Source of the DNA: Deltaproteobacteria bacterium
Lineage (GTDB): Bacteria > Desulfobacterota > Desulfobaccia > Desulfobaccales > 0-14-0-80-60-11
Assembly: GCA_037381685.1 (NCBI GenBank)
Contig: JARRQO010000014.1
Span: 1-39,462 of the forward strand
DNA length: 39,462 bases
Direction: 5' to 3'
Part shown: in pieces, positions 15,434 to 23,414 of the stretch
Layout: each line of letters begins with the position of its first letter
Position numbering within the stretch: position 1 is the stretch's first letter
Program-made: the position numbers and the translations under genes
Notes under the pieces: generated by a model
Databases searched by the model: none
What the model was told of the DNA's origin: nothing
The model's input: the letters and a program-made list of their open reading frames with translations, nothing else

Positions 15434-17336
15434 CGAGGGGTCTGTGACCAGCGCGGCAGCGCTTGTCGATATGGGCCAGATTATCGGCGCCGATATTGCC
15501 GATGGCGCCGTTGCCGATGCGATAGGTGGCCGGAAATTTGGTGCCCGGAGATGGGCGCTGCCCCAAGTGATCGTCGCCGAAACGCAGGTAAGCCGTGCCG
15601 TCCGTTTCTACTTCCACCACGAACTCATGGCTCTCCGGCTTGCTGCTCAACAGGTCGTGCCGGGGGTCCCAGTCCGGCGCCTCGGGGGTGGGATCGGCAA
15701 GCCGAATGACCGGCACCGGAACCTGCGAGGGGTCTGCCATGGAGAAGGACATGGCCGCAGCAGCCGAAGCCGGCGGATTCTTTGGGTCGTAAGGCACAGC
15801 CTGGGTCAGCGGCGCCCGGGTCAGCTTCGGCCGGTAACGCGGGGCCGGGAGGGGAGCCGGACTATCCTGGCAATGGTCGCGGACCGCGGGGGCGACCTTG
15901 GTAAGTACCGGGTTAGGACTGGGGACCGTGTCGAGATCAAGGGAAGTGGCATCCCGTTCTGGGTCGAAGGGTCTGCCTTCCGGCATATCCGTGAAGGTCA
16001 TGCCATGGTCCGCCAGGACGATATTGCCCAGCGCCACGCTAACCTGGTCAAAAAAGGCGGTACCGCAACGGGACGAGATGCACAGCGGAAAGGGCAAGGC
16101 ATCCGCCTGGCCCCAGGCGATTTCGGTCACCGCAACCCCGGTCAGAGGATCACTGCCGGGGTTGACGGTAAGAAGCCGGACCGGATGGCGGTGGGCCGGG
16201 TCGGCATCTTCCGCCTCGCCGGTCTGCGGGCCCCGCACTTCTGCCAGGATCAGCACGTCCCCCGGTTGCAGGTTCGGATAGTCGCCGCGCAGCGTGGCGC
16301 GGGTAGCTCCTTGGGGGAGACAGCACTCCCGAGCGCTCCAATTATAGAAAGTCATCTCATTGTGGCCGGGGCGCAGCATGATATCGTGCAGGAGTTCGAA
16401 GACTTGCGGCCGTCCGGCGAGAGCCTGGGCGCAAGCTGGTGACTTCTGCGGTATGACCGGGGATTGTCCCGGCAGGCGCGAGAGCAGTTTGGTGGTCTCC
16501 CGGCCCTGTCCCGCTCTCAATTCCAGGCTCACGATATCGGGCCGGACCTGCACCTGAACCCAGACCCGGGCATTCCTGCCGTCGTGCATGGGGTAATCCA
16601 CCAACCGGGCATGACGCCTGACAGAGGTGCGCCGCCGGGCCGTGCCCAGGTAGGCTTCGGTGGCTACGGCGTCTTGCTGATAGCTCAGATAATCGCCGAC
16701 GTAGGCCAAAAGCTCCACCAGGGCAATTCCCAGGTCTGAGGGATGGCGCTCTTGCCATGGCGGCATCAGGACCGCCAGGCGGTCCAGCATGAGCTGGCGA
16801 AAGCTGGCGTAATCCTTGGCCAGATAGTTTATTTCCGGCGGTGTCGCCTGAATGCCGGGGCAGGTAAGGTCCGATTGGCAATCGAAGTCACTGGGGCAGG
16901 CGGCCTTGAAGGAGAAATCAACGGCCGACAGCACCGGGTCAAAATCAAATACCCCGGGCGGAGAGGGGGGAGACGCTGGTGCTGCGTCCGGCACCAGGCG
17001 CAGGGTGTAGGTGGAAAAATCCCCGGCAGCCGACACTTCCACCACCAAAACATTGGCTGGAATTTCGGGGGGCGAAGGGGGCGAACCCGGAGCGCCATAG
17101 GTCACTTTGGTGACTTGGATATTGCGGATGCGCTCGCCTCCTTCGATGCGCAGGTTTTCTTCCTTTAACACCCCCGGAGTCAGGTCTTTAAGGAAATGTA
17201 CCAACAGGGTGCGCTGCCGCTTCTCCAGCGGCTCATCCATGTGGTCCACAACCTCAAGGAAGTCGATGCCGTTTAAGGTGGGATGCGCCAGCACCTCGTT
17301 GCGGCGGCGCTCATCACAGCAAAAATAGGCCGTCAT
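15381..17336 (-). CDS. baseplate J (gp6/gpJ-like) protein, N-terminal part of a frameshift-split gene (Afp11/Cis11-like)
   Basis: 651-aa ORF with a 4-nt overlap with gp25. It begins MTAYFCCDERRRNEVLAHPTLNGIDFLEVVD and contains ..TYRIGNGAIGNIGADNLAHI. After that the frame decays into RCRAGHRPLGGCGGEKPVAGPRRLGP*, while the family sequence continues in the frame of 14735..15433. Confidence 0.8.
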   Translation of the reverse strand: MTAYFCCDERRRNEVLAHPTLNGIDFLEVVDHMDEPLEKRQRTLLVHFLKDLTPGVLKEENLRIEGGERIRNIQVTKVTYGAPGSPPSPPEIPANVLVVEVSAAGDFSTYTLRLVPDAAPASPPSPPGVFDFDPVLSAVDFSFKAACPSDFDCQSDLTCPGIQATPPEINYLAKDYASFRQLMLDRLAVLMPPWQERHPSDLGIALVELLAYVGDYLSYQQDAVATEAYLGTARRRTSVRRHARLVDYPMHDGRNARVWVQVQVRPDIVSLELRAGQGRETTKLLSRLPGQSPVIPQKSPACAQALAGRPQVFELLHDIMLRPGHNEMTFYNWSARECCLPQGATRATLRGDYPNLQPGDVLILAEVRGPQTGEAEDADPAHRHPVRLLTVNPGSDPLTGVAVTEIAWGQADALPFPLCISSRCGTAFFDQVSVALGNIVLADHGMTFTDMPEGRPFDPERDATSLDLDTVPSPNPVLTKVAPAVRDHCQDSPAPLPAPRYRPKLTRAPLTQAVPYDPKNPPASAAAAMSFSMADPSQVPVPVIRLADPTPEAPDWDPRHDLLSSKPESHEFVVEVETDGTAYLRFGDDHLGQRPSPGTKFPATYRIGNGAIGNIGADNLAHIDKRCRAGHRPLGGCGGEKPVAGPRRLGP

Positions 17337-17698
17337 GCGGCACCCCCGCGGCTGAATTGGGCCACCTGCTGTTGCTGCGTGCGCCGCACGGTATATTGGA
17401 TGGTCACGTTCACGGTGGCATCCTCGGCTTCCACCTGCACGCCGTCCACCTGAATCACATCACCGAGCCACTGCTGCAGCGCTCCCTGGACCAAAAACTG
17501 GGTAGCCGCGGCCAGCTCATCACTGTTGGGGGCGAAAACCAGCTGCATCAGGCCGCTGCCGAAGTCAGGCCGATTGACCCGCTCACCCGGATTGGTGAAG
17601 AGCAACTGCTCGATCAGATCCCGGATGTGGTCGTCGTCATCGGCAGTGGCGGTGCGGCCGGCGCCGTCAAAGTGAAATGGGTAAGCGATATTCATCAT
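17333..17698 (-). CDS. GPW/gp25-family baseplate wedge protein (Afp9/Cis9-like)
   Basis: 121-aa ORF. FPFHFDGAGRTATADDDDHIRDLIEQLLFTNPGERVNRPDFGSGL is the canonical gp25 motif. Confidence 0.9.
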   Translation of the reverse strand: MMNIAYPFHFDGAGRTATADDDDHIRDLIEQLLFTNPGERVNRPDFGSGLMQLVFAPNSDELAAATQFLVQGALQQWLGDVIQVDGVQVEAEDATVNVTIQYTVRRTQQQQVAQFSRGGAA

Positions 17699-17702
17699 CC
17701 CC

Positions 17703-18026
17703 TCACATTCCGGTGACTCGGGTCTGGGTCACCACAATCAGCAGAGGAGTGCCCGTCGGCGCGCAAATCGCCTGGCTGTCCAGCAACAACAGCGGCTGCC
17801 CGTTGGAAGTCAGGCGTGTGGCGGCCGTCACAAACTGGGCGGTCACGCAGGGTCCATTGGCCGCGGGTGGCGGCGGCAGCGCGCAGCCCGCCACGACATA
17901 AGGCGAGGCCAGCGTTACGGTGGGTTGGCCGCTGACCAGCACCCGGGGATTGGGCACTGTGGGTTGCGCCTGCCCTGCATGTGAGCACAATACCGTGGCG
18001 CCGACGTGCAGCAAAAAGCCTGGCAT
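17703..18026 (-). CDS. PAAR-like / DUF4280-like spike-tip protein (Afp10/Cis10-like)
   Basis: The start is taken at ATG 18026 (GGGAG 7 nt upstream) rather than GTG 18047. It is small and Gly/Val/Cys-rich (HVGATVLCSHAGQAQP..VVAGCALPPPPAANGPCV..AICAPTG) and sits between the spike and gp25. Confidence 0.6.
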   Translation of the reverse strand: MPGFLLHVGATVLCSHAGQAQPTVPNPRVLVSGQPTVTLASPYVVAGCALPPPPAANGPCVTAQFVTAATRLTSNGQPLLLLDSQAICAPTGTPLLIVVTQTRVTGM

Positions 18027-18093
18027 TGCTTTTCTCCCTAGTGGCACGGTTTTTCAGACCGTACTGGGACCCGCCCCTTATGCCGGGTTCTGC

Positions 18094-18609
18094 TTAAATG
18101 ACCGTTAGCGCCCCGTTGTTAATCGTCACCGTGGGTCCGACCATCACGAGGGACGCGCCTTTGCCGTTTTGGATGTAAATGCCGGTATCATTCACGATAA
18201 TGGTGGCCCCGGTCGTGCTTTTGAGCATGATGCCGCCGGTGGGTCCGGGTAAGTCGCTGATCACGATACTGTTTTGCAGTGAGGTTTGCATGACCACATT
18301 GGGGCTGGCCGGGTTGCCCGCCAGGGCCAGCGCCGGGACCTCCGCCGCCGACCCGAACCAGCAGCCGCTCCAGATGGGATGGTCAGGGTCGCCCTGTTCG
18401 AACTCCACCCACACGCCGGTGCCGATCTGGGGAATCATGTAGACCCCCATCTGCTTGCCGGTGATGGGAAAACAGGGCATCGCCCAACTTGAGGGGGTAA
18501 GTCCGGTGACGTCGGGGACCTGCACCAGGAGCCGCCCGATTTGCATCGGGTCCACATTGTTCAGGACCGTCCCCCGATATTTGCCGTAGTAACGTTCTCC
18601 CTCGTTCAT
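18094..18609 (-). CDS. gpV / gp5 OB-fold spike protein (phage baseplate assembly protein V-like; Afp8/Cis8 spike part)
   Basis: 171-aa ORF. YGKYRGTVLNNVDPMQIGRLLVQVPDV...GVWVEFEQGDPDHPIWSGCWF is the classic Phage_base_V/VgrG OB-fold motif. Confidence 0.85.
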   Translation of the reverse strand: MNEGERYYGKYRGTVLNNVDPMQIGRLLVQVPDVTGLTPSSWAMPCFPITGKQMGVYMIPQIGTGVWVEFEQGDPDHPIWSGCWFGSAAEVPALALAGNPASPNVVMQTSLQNSIVISDLPGPTGGIMLKSTTGATIIVNDTGIYIQNGKGASLVMVGPTVTINNGALTVI

Positions 18610-19730
18610 ACCGGGACCCTCGGGGTGATGGAGACCAGAGCATTTCTGGTCAGGTTGAAACTCTGCTTAAATTCGCCCTGTTTGATATTCGTCGTCACGC
18701 GGTCCACATAATACAGGCCGTCAAAGGCCGGCCCGGCCCCGCGTACTCCCACGAGTTGGCGCGCCTTCAACAGCCTGCCATAACGGGTAATATTCAGGGT
18801 GCCTTGACCGCTCACCGCGTCGGCGGACTTGGAGGCCTCGGCCAACCCCTTGCCGATGGCCTGCATGGGTGAGAGTTTGGCGGTGTCCTTCAGCATTTTG
18901 ATATTGGTTATGGGAGCCGGAATCACTCCCAGCGGCGGCTGCAGCGGATTCAGCTTGGGAATGGGAATCGGGATCGATATCTTCGTGAGTTGATTTTGGA
19001 TAAACACAATCGGCAGCATTCCTTTGCCACTGTCAAAAGTGAAATTGAGCGACTCAACGTTCGTATAAGGGTCCATGTCAAGATTAAGAGCCGGTTGGGG
19101 CACCCCGACTTTTATTTCAGGCCCCCAATATGCAGTGTTAGTTCCCGGCGCCGGGCCGGGATCGAGGTAAAATACGTAACCCACATCCTTGGCCAGCGAC
19201 TTGATGTAGTCCAGGTCCGTTCCTTTATGGACAGGAATCCGCTCGATGGGAATCGGGACATCCGTAAACAGACTCGGGATCACCAGGGGAATCATGCCGA
19301 ACATGGCATATTTGGCAATAATCAAAGCGACCCGAGCCTCCGGCGGCATGGCCGGATATGGCAAGCCGCTGAAATCCACCAAATCCATGACCCTGGTCAG
19401 ATCATCCCCGGTGATCGTCAGGGTCGACTCCCCCGGTTTACTGCCGGGACTCACCTGCTGGTTGGTCATGACGCCATCCATCAGGACCTGGGGGGCGCCG
19501 TTAACGGTGACGATGATGATGACGCGCAAGAGCGGCGTCTGCCCTCCGGCAATGAGGAAGATGGTGTGCAGCGGCGATTTGTTGCTCAGGGTGAAGCTAA
19601 GTTGAAAGCCACTGGGGTTGCCGGCGCTGCTCGTCACCTGGACATTGGTCAGCGCCTCCAGCGCCACCTTCGGCACCGGCACCGGCACGACCGGCCCAAC
19701 CATCAAGGTGAGATAAACCCCTTTAAGCAT
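18606..19730 (-). CDS. gpD/gp27-like baseplate hub protein
   Basis: 374-aa ORF, translationally coupled on both sides. Its position between the LysM protein and the gpV spike matches the hub gene of eCIS loci. The N-terminus (LTLMVGPVVPVPVPKVALEALTNVQVTSSAGNPSGFQLSF) resembles late-control-D-type proteins. The assignment rests on context plus weak motif memory. Confidence 0.6.
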   Translation of the reverse strand: MLKGVYLTLMVGPVVPVPVPKVALEALTNVQVTSSAGNPSGFQLSFTLSNKSPLHTIFLIAGGQTPLLRVIIIVTVNGAPQVLMDGVMTNQQVSPGSKPGESTLTITGDDLTRVMDLVDFSGLPYPAMPPEARVALIIAKYAMFGMIPLVIPSLFTDVPIPIERIPVHKGTDLDYIKSLAKDVGYVFYLDPGPAPGTNTAYWGPEIKVGVPQPALNLDMDPYTNVESLNFTFDSGKGMLPIVFIQNQLTKISIPIPIPKLNPLQPPLGVIPAPITNIKMLKDTAKLSPMQAIGKGLAEASKSADAVSGQGTLNITRYGRLLKARQLVGVRGAGPAFDGLYYVDRVTTNIKQGEFKQSFNLTRNALVSITPRVPV

Positions 19731-20046
19731 TTACAGGTCCCGGGATACCTTCCGGCAGCGTGAGACGCAGCCGGCGGCCGACGGTTTCGGTCAGCTCACC
19801 GGGACGCACCGCGCCATTGGCGTCACAGATGCGCCAGAACTGCTCCGGATCGCCCAAATACTGGCCCGCGATAGTATCCAGGCGCTCGCCTTCCGTCACC
19901 GTATGTTCAAAGAGGAGTTCAAAACGCTCCGGCGGTGGCACGAACCGCCGGCGCAGATAAGCGATCTTGCTGCCGTCTGCAGTCTCCAGGGTGGCCGTGG
20001 CCGTACTGTAATATCTGCTGGTAATCGGAAACATAGCAAACCTCAC
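19723..20046 (-). CDS. LysM / phage tail protein X-like small protein
   Basis: 107-aa ORF (GTG 20046, or ATG 20034 with GAGGT 6 nt upstream). HTVTEGERLDTIAGQYLGDPEQFWRICDANG is a LysM/gpX-type motif. Confidence 0.7.
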   Translation of the reverse strand: MRFAMFPITSRYYSTATATLETADGSKIAYLRRRFVPPPERFELLFEHTVTEGERLDTIAGQYLGDPEQFWRICDANGAVRPGELTETVGRRLRLTLPEGIPGPVNA

Positions 20047-20699
20047 GGAATTCCGGTGAGACCGAGGGTGCTCAAAATGCCCCCTTGATTCAGGGCCGCC
20101 AGGCGCTCTTTCTGCTGCTGGTAAGCCATAAACAGGCTACTGCCCTTATGATCAAAGGGCAGATCGTTCACGCTTAACACCCGCAGGCCCAAGCTGACCT
20201 TGGCCCGGATGGGATTGAGAGACGGGTCGAAGGCCTCCTCGGTAATGCTGAAATCGGTCAGGCGCACCGGCAGGATGCGGCTCTTGCTCCAGACAAACAG
20301 GGCCAGGGGCGCCTGCATGGGCACGATCTCCAGGGTGCCAGCCTGGGCCAGGCTGTTGTTGGCCTGGATCTGGCTGCTGGCCGGATAGACGATGGTCTCC
20401 AACGCGGCCAGTTGGGGATGGATGCCGAGCTGCGCGGCAGGGGGATTTTGGTCCGGAAACTCCAGCTGGTCCGTGGCGTCGATTTCAGCCTCCAGCTTGA
20501 TGGTCTCCACCGGCGGCCCCGTGAGGCGCAAGGCTTCGGAACGGTCGCCTTCGGTAGGCATGCCCTTGATCTGCAAAGTGCGGGTAAGCGTATCCGGGTT
20601 ATATTGCAGCACGATGAGCCGCCGCACCGCGCCGCTGCCCGGATCAACCAGAACGATACCGCCTCTCAGCAGGCGGGGGGAACCGGGAAAAGTGGTCAT
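20043..20699 (-). CDS. CIS tube-like protein / tube initiator (Afp5/Afp7 N-domain-like)
   Basis: 218-aa ORF. RLIVLQYNPDTLTRTLQI...VETIKLEAEIDATD resembles the 'xFNPxxL' signature of CIS tube/initiator proteins. It directly precedes the LysM gene, so Afp7 appears split in two. Confidence 0.65.
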   Translation of the reverse strand: MTTFPGSPRLLRGGIVLVDPGSGAVRRLIVLQYNPDTLTRTLQIKGMPTEGDRSEALRLTGPPVETIKLEAEIDATDQLEFPDQNPPAAQLGIHPQLAALETIVYPASSQIQANNSLAQAGTLEIVPMQAPLALFVWSKSRILPVRLTDFSITEEAFDPSLNPIRAKVSLGLRVLSVNDLPFDHKGSSLFMAYQQQKERLAALNQGGILSTLGLTGIP

Positions 20700-20833
20700 G
20701 GAGTTTCCTCCCGTGCTTTGGCGTTGTCCTCAGGGGCCTTCCCGGGCTTTCCCAGGCCGGCCGAGTGGAGCAATACCAAAATTTCCGCATCCGTTTCGGT
20801 TTTCAGGTGTCGCATCAATGCTGCCCGCACCAT
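20696..20833 (-). CDS. candidate 45-aa micro-ORF (or the displaced 3' end of the Lgt-like gene)
   Basis: It is not in the ORF track (<60 aa). ATG at 20833 is preceded by GGAGG (20839-20843) with a 5-nt spacer. Translation: MVRAALMRHLKTETDAEILVLLHSAGLGKPGKAPEDNAKAREETP. Its TGA overlaps the ATG of 20043..20699 (ATGA). Confidence 0.35.
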   Translation of the reverse strand: MVRAALMRHLKTETDAEILVLLHSAGLGKPGKAPEDNAKAREETP

Positions 20834-20895
20834 CGGAACCTCCAGTTGCACCAGGGCCAAATGCTTGCGTATCAGTGGGCCGTATTTTTGCCATC

Positions 20896-22062
20896 TTATG
20901 GATAAATCAACAAATGAAAAACATGCTGCCGGTTGCCTTTGAAAAACTCACTGGAGCCGGAAGCCCGTCCCAATTGGAGAATGAGGCGGGACAACACCCT
21001 GGCGGTCTTTTCAGTCATATCCCCGTCGCGGGATGAAATGGCATAATGCCGCACCGAGCCCGCCCCACTTGCAATGGCACCGCCGGATATTTGGACCCCC
21101 TGAGATGTACACCTCAGGCGGACTTGGTCCTGGCTGCAATTCTGATTACGAACGCAACCCTCGCAGGCCACAGCCGCCGCAATCTCCGCAACATGGCGGG
21201 GTTGCAGCAACCGGTATCTGGCATTCTCCTGGAAACGCCGCGTTAACCCTAGAGCCATCATGGTCCCGAGCACCGCGGCGGTGGCGCCGATATGCCAGGG
21301 AGCCAGGGGAAGCGCACCCGACAGTTCTGCCGCCGCGATCAGGCCCATGAGCGCCAGCGAAATCCACTGGGCTTCGGAAAAGCCCCACAGGTAGGGGCGT
21401 TCCGGGTCGCCACGCCAGAACTCCAAGACAAAGCGCACCATCCCGTAGCTGATGGTGTACCAGGCCAAAACGGTACCAGGCGCTGCGCCCCGCCTAACCA
21501 GGATGGTGCCCACCAGAACCACGCCCAATACCAGACCCGATTCCACCGCCTGAATGGGAAAGAGCCGCACCCCGACATACCAGGGGGTAAAACCGGCTTC
21601 GGCATGTTCGGGACGGTAAGAAACTCCCCAGCGATATGGCCGCCCATGGCAACAGCCGGCCATCAGACAGCCGATCCGGCCGCACGCCAGGAACAATCCT
21701 ATACCCAAAACCGTGAGATCCAGATAAGGCAAGACCGGTTGCTTCAGCAGCCGCAACAATAGCGTTGTCGCTAACAACACGGCAATTTCATGGTGGTAAT
21801 AAACAATCTGCTCTTCCCCGGTGACAATCTTGGAAGCCATTACCAGTCCGAAGAAGACCAGTGCCGTGAGGAGAGTGATCGCGCCCATCACGAGCGGGGA
21901 GAGGTTCAGGTACGCCACCAGGGATATGGTCAGAACAATGGCCAGCCCAAAGCCGGTGTAGCCGCAGACTTGATAGACCTGCCAGGTTTTCTGGAGCGCC
22001 CGGATTTCCGGGCGGACCAGTTTATCCAGCAAATTATTGCAGACCCGTAAAAATGGCATCAT
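20896..22062 (-). CDS. Lgt-family (prolipoprotein diacylglyceryl transferase-like) polytopic membrane protein with ~120-aa soluble C-terminal extension
   Basis: 388-aa ORF with AGGAAG 7 nt upstream. It has multiple hydrophobic helices. Lgt signature blocks are present: GLFLACGRIGCLMAGCCHGRP and YTISYGMVRFVLEFWRGDPERP. Confidence 0.8.
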   Translation of the reverse strand: MMPFLRVCNNLLDKLVRPEIRALQKTWQVYQVCGYTGFGLAIVLTISLVAYLNLSPLVMGAITLLTALVFFGLVMASKIVTGEEQIVYYHHEIAVLLATTLLLRLLKQPVLPYLDLTVLGIGLFLACGRIGCLMAGCCHGRPYRWGVSYRPEHAEAGFTPWYVGVRLFPIQAVESGLVLGVVLVGTILVRRGAAPGTVLAWYTISYGMVRFVLEFWRGDPERPYLWGFSEAQWISLALMGLIAAAELSGALPLAPWHIGATAAVLGTMMALGLTRRFQENARYRLLQPRHVAEIAAAVACEGCVRNQNCSQDQVRLRCTSQGVQISGGAIASGAGSVRHYAISSRDGDMTEKTARVLSRLILQLGRASGSSEFFKGNRQHVFHLLIYP

Positions 22063-22085
22063 ATAAACTTCCTACAGCCGACCTG

Positions 22086-23414
22086 TTACAGACACCCCCG
22101 ATCCTCATCGGCCGTGCAGGGTTCGGTGGACAGGGGCCTCTCCGACCTCTGGCAATTTCCTGTACCATCCCACACCACCTCTCTGCCCGGGGGAGCGGGC
22201 GTCTCAGGGTTGGGCGCCGTCCATTTATCCTGGCCCCCCGGGGTATCCTTGCAGGCGCAGTAACTGCCCACATTAAATCCACTGACGGCGAACAGACGAT
22301 ACTTCACCGTCACGTTTCTATTGTCGCAGCAGCGCTGTATCCGCAGTCCTGACCGGAGGCGGGGGAGGGCGTTGCGGGCGACATTTTTGAGCCCTTCTTT
22401 CGCCCCGCTCCAGAGTGAAGCGACTGCGCCCACCGCGGCTATGTCAGCGTCTTCTTCAAAATCGTGTCCCTCCGCCTGATTTTTCGATAACGGCGCGGCG
22501 GCGGAGACTGCTTCCCCCTGCTGCACCACGTGGGCCAACTCGTGGGCAATCAACGCCTCCCCCATCAGGCTCCCCGGGGCATATTCCCCCGCCCCGAAGG
22601 CGATGTCCCTTCCTAAGGTGAAGGCCCGGGCATTTAGACTACCAGCCATGTGTGCCGCCCCGGAATCCGTATGTATCCGCACCCGGGAGAAGTCATAGCC
22701 GAAGGCCGACTCCATACGCGAGCGGACGCCGCTGTCCAGGGGCTTGCCGGAGGCGAGCTGCGCTTGGATAGCCTGAACGTTGGCGGTTCCATCACCGCCG
22801 CTATCACGTGCCTTGCGCTGCACCCCGGCGGTTTTGGCCGGAGCCGCGGCGCCGCCGGCTTCGGCGGCGGGAGGCGCGGCAGTCGAAACGCCTCTGGGCA
22901 CGCCGGTAATCTCACCGGTTGTGGCCCAAACGGTAACTGCCCGGCTCACCCGATCTACAATCAGGCTGATATAATCACGGGCCGAGTTCACCCCCGCAGT
23001 TTCCGGCGCATAGCGGTGGATGGCCTGCTCAATACTTTGACCGCTCTGAGAACTGTAATAATTGAGCCAAAAGTTGAGATACGGACAATCATTGGTGGTG
23101 CGGCCGCTTGCCGCGAGGATCGCATTGGCAGCAGCGCAGATTCCAGCGCGCACCTGGCTCAGGAAAGCACTTTTTTTCATCTGCCCGGATTGGACCATTT
23201 CCTGATCATCTTCGACAATCAGTCCGCGCGAGGCCACTTCTGAAGCGGCTGCAACCGCAGCAGGAGCCTCTGGCGTTACCATTCCCGGCTCGACCGCGGC
23301 GGGCTCAACGGCTTGATCAGCGACCTGACGTTGGATCATCGGGGAGAGCTTGCACCTTAAGCGGGCAGGTATGACAAGCGCCGCCAAAGGGGCAGAACGT
23401 TGGGCCGGCTGCAA
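22086..23414 (-). CDS. DUF4157 ('eCIS core domain') zincin-like protein, main part, with Cys-rich C-terminal domain; candidate effector
   Basis: GKPLDSGVRSRMESAFGYDFSRVRIHTDSGAAHMAGSLNARAFTLGRDIAFGAGEYAPGS..LIAHELAHVVQQ is the DUF4157 core with an HExxH motif. The nominal TTG start is unconvincing. The N-terminal part lies in another frame (23317..23646). Confidence 0.8.
   Translation of the reverse strand: MQPAQRSAPLAALVIPARLRCKLSPMIQRQVADQAVEPAAVEPGMVTPEAPAAVAAASEVASRGLIVEDDQEMVQSGQMKKSAFLSQVRAGICAAANAILAASGRTTNDCPYLNFWLNYYSSQSGQSIEQAIHRYAPETAGVNSARDYISLIVDRVSRAVTVWATTGEITGVPRGVSTAAPPAAEAGGAAAPAKTAGVQRKARDSGGDGTANVQAIQAQLASGKPLDSGVRSRMESAFGYDFSRVRIHTDSGAAHMAGSLNARAFTLGRDIAFGAGEYAPGSLMGEALIAHELAHVVQQGEAVSAAAPLSKNQAEGHDFEEDADIAAVGAVASLWSGAKEGLKNVARNALPRLRSGLRIQRCCDNRNVTVKYRLFAVSGFNVGSYCACKDTPGGQDKWTAPNPETPAPPGREVVWDGTGNCQRSERPLSTEPCTADEDRGCL

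Noticed and set aside
15336-16442. 368-aa plus-strand ORF (with neighbours 15347..15709 and 15898..16281) antisense to the baseplate-J gene
   Set aside because: It lies entirely inside a strongly supported minus-strand gene. It is R/G/A/P-rich with no recognisable motifs, no SD and no coupling. This is a typical shadow ORF of GC-rich DNA.
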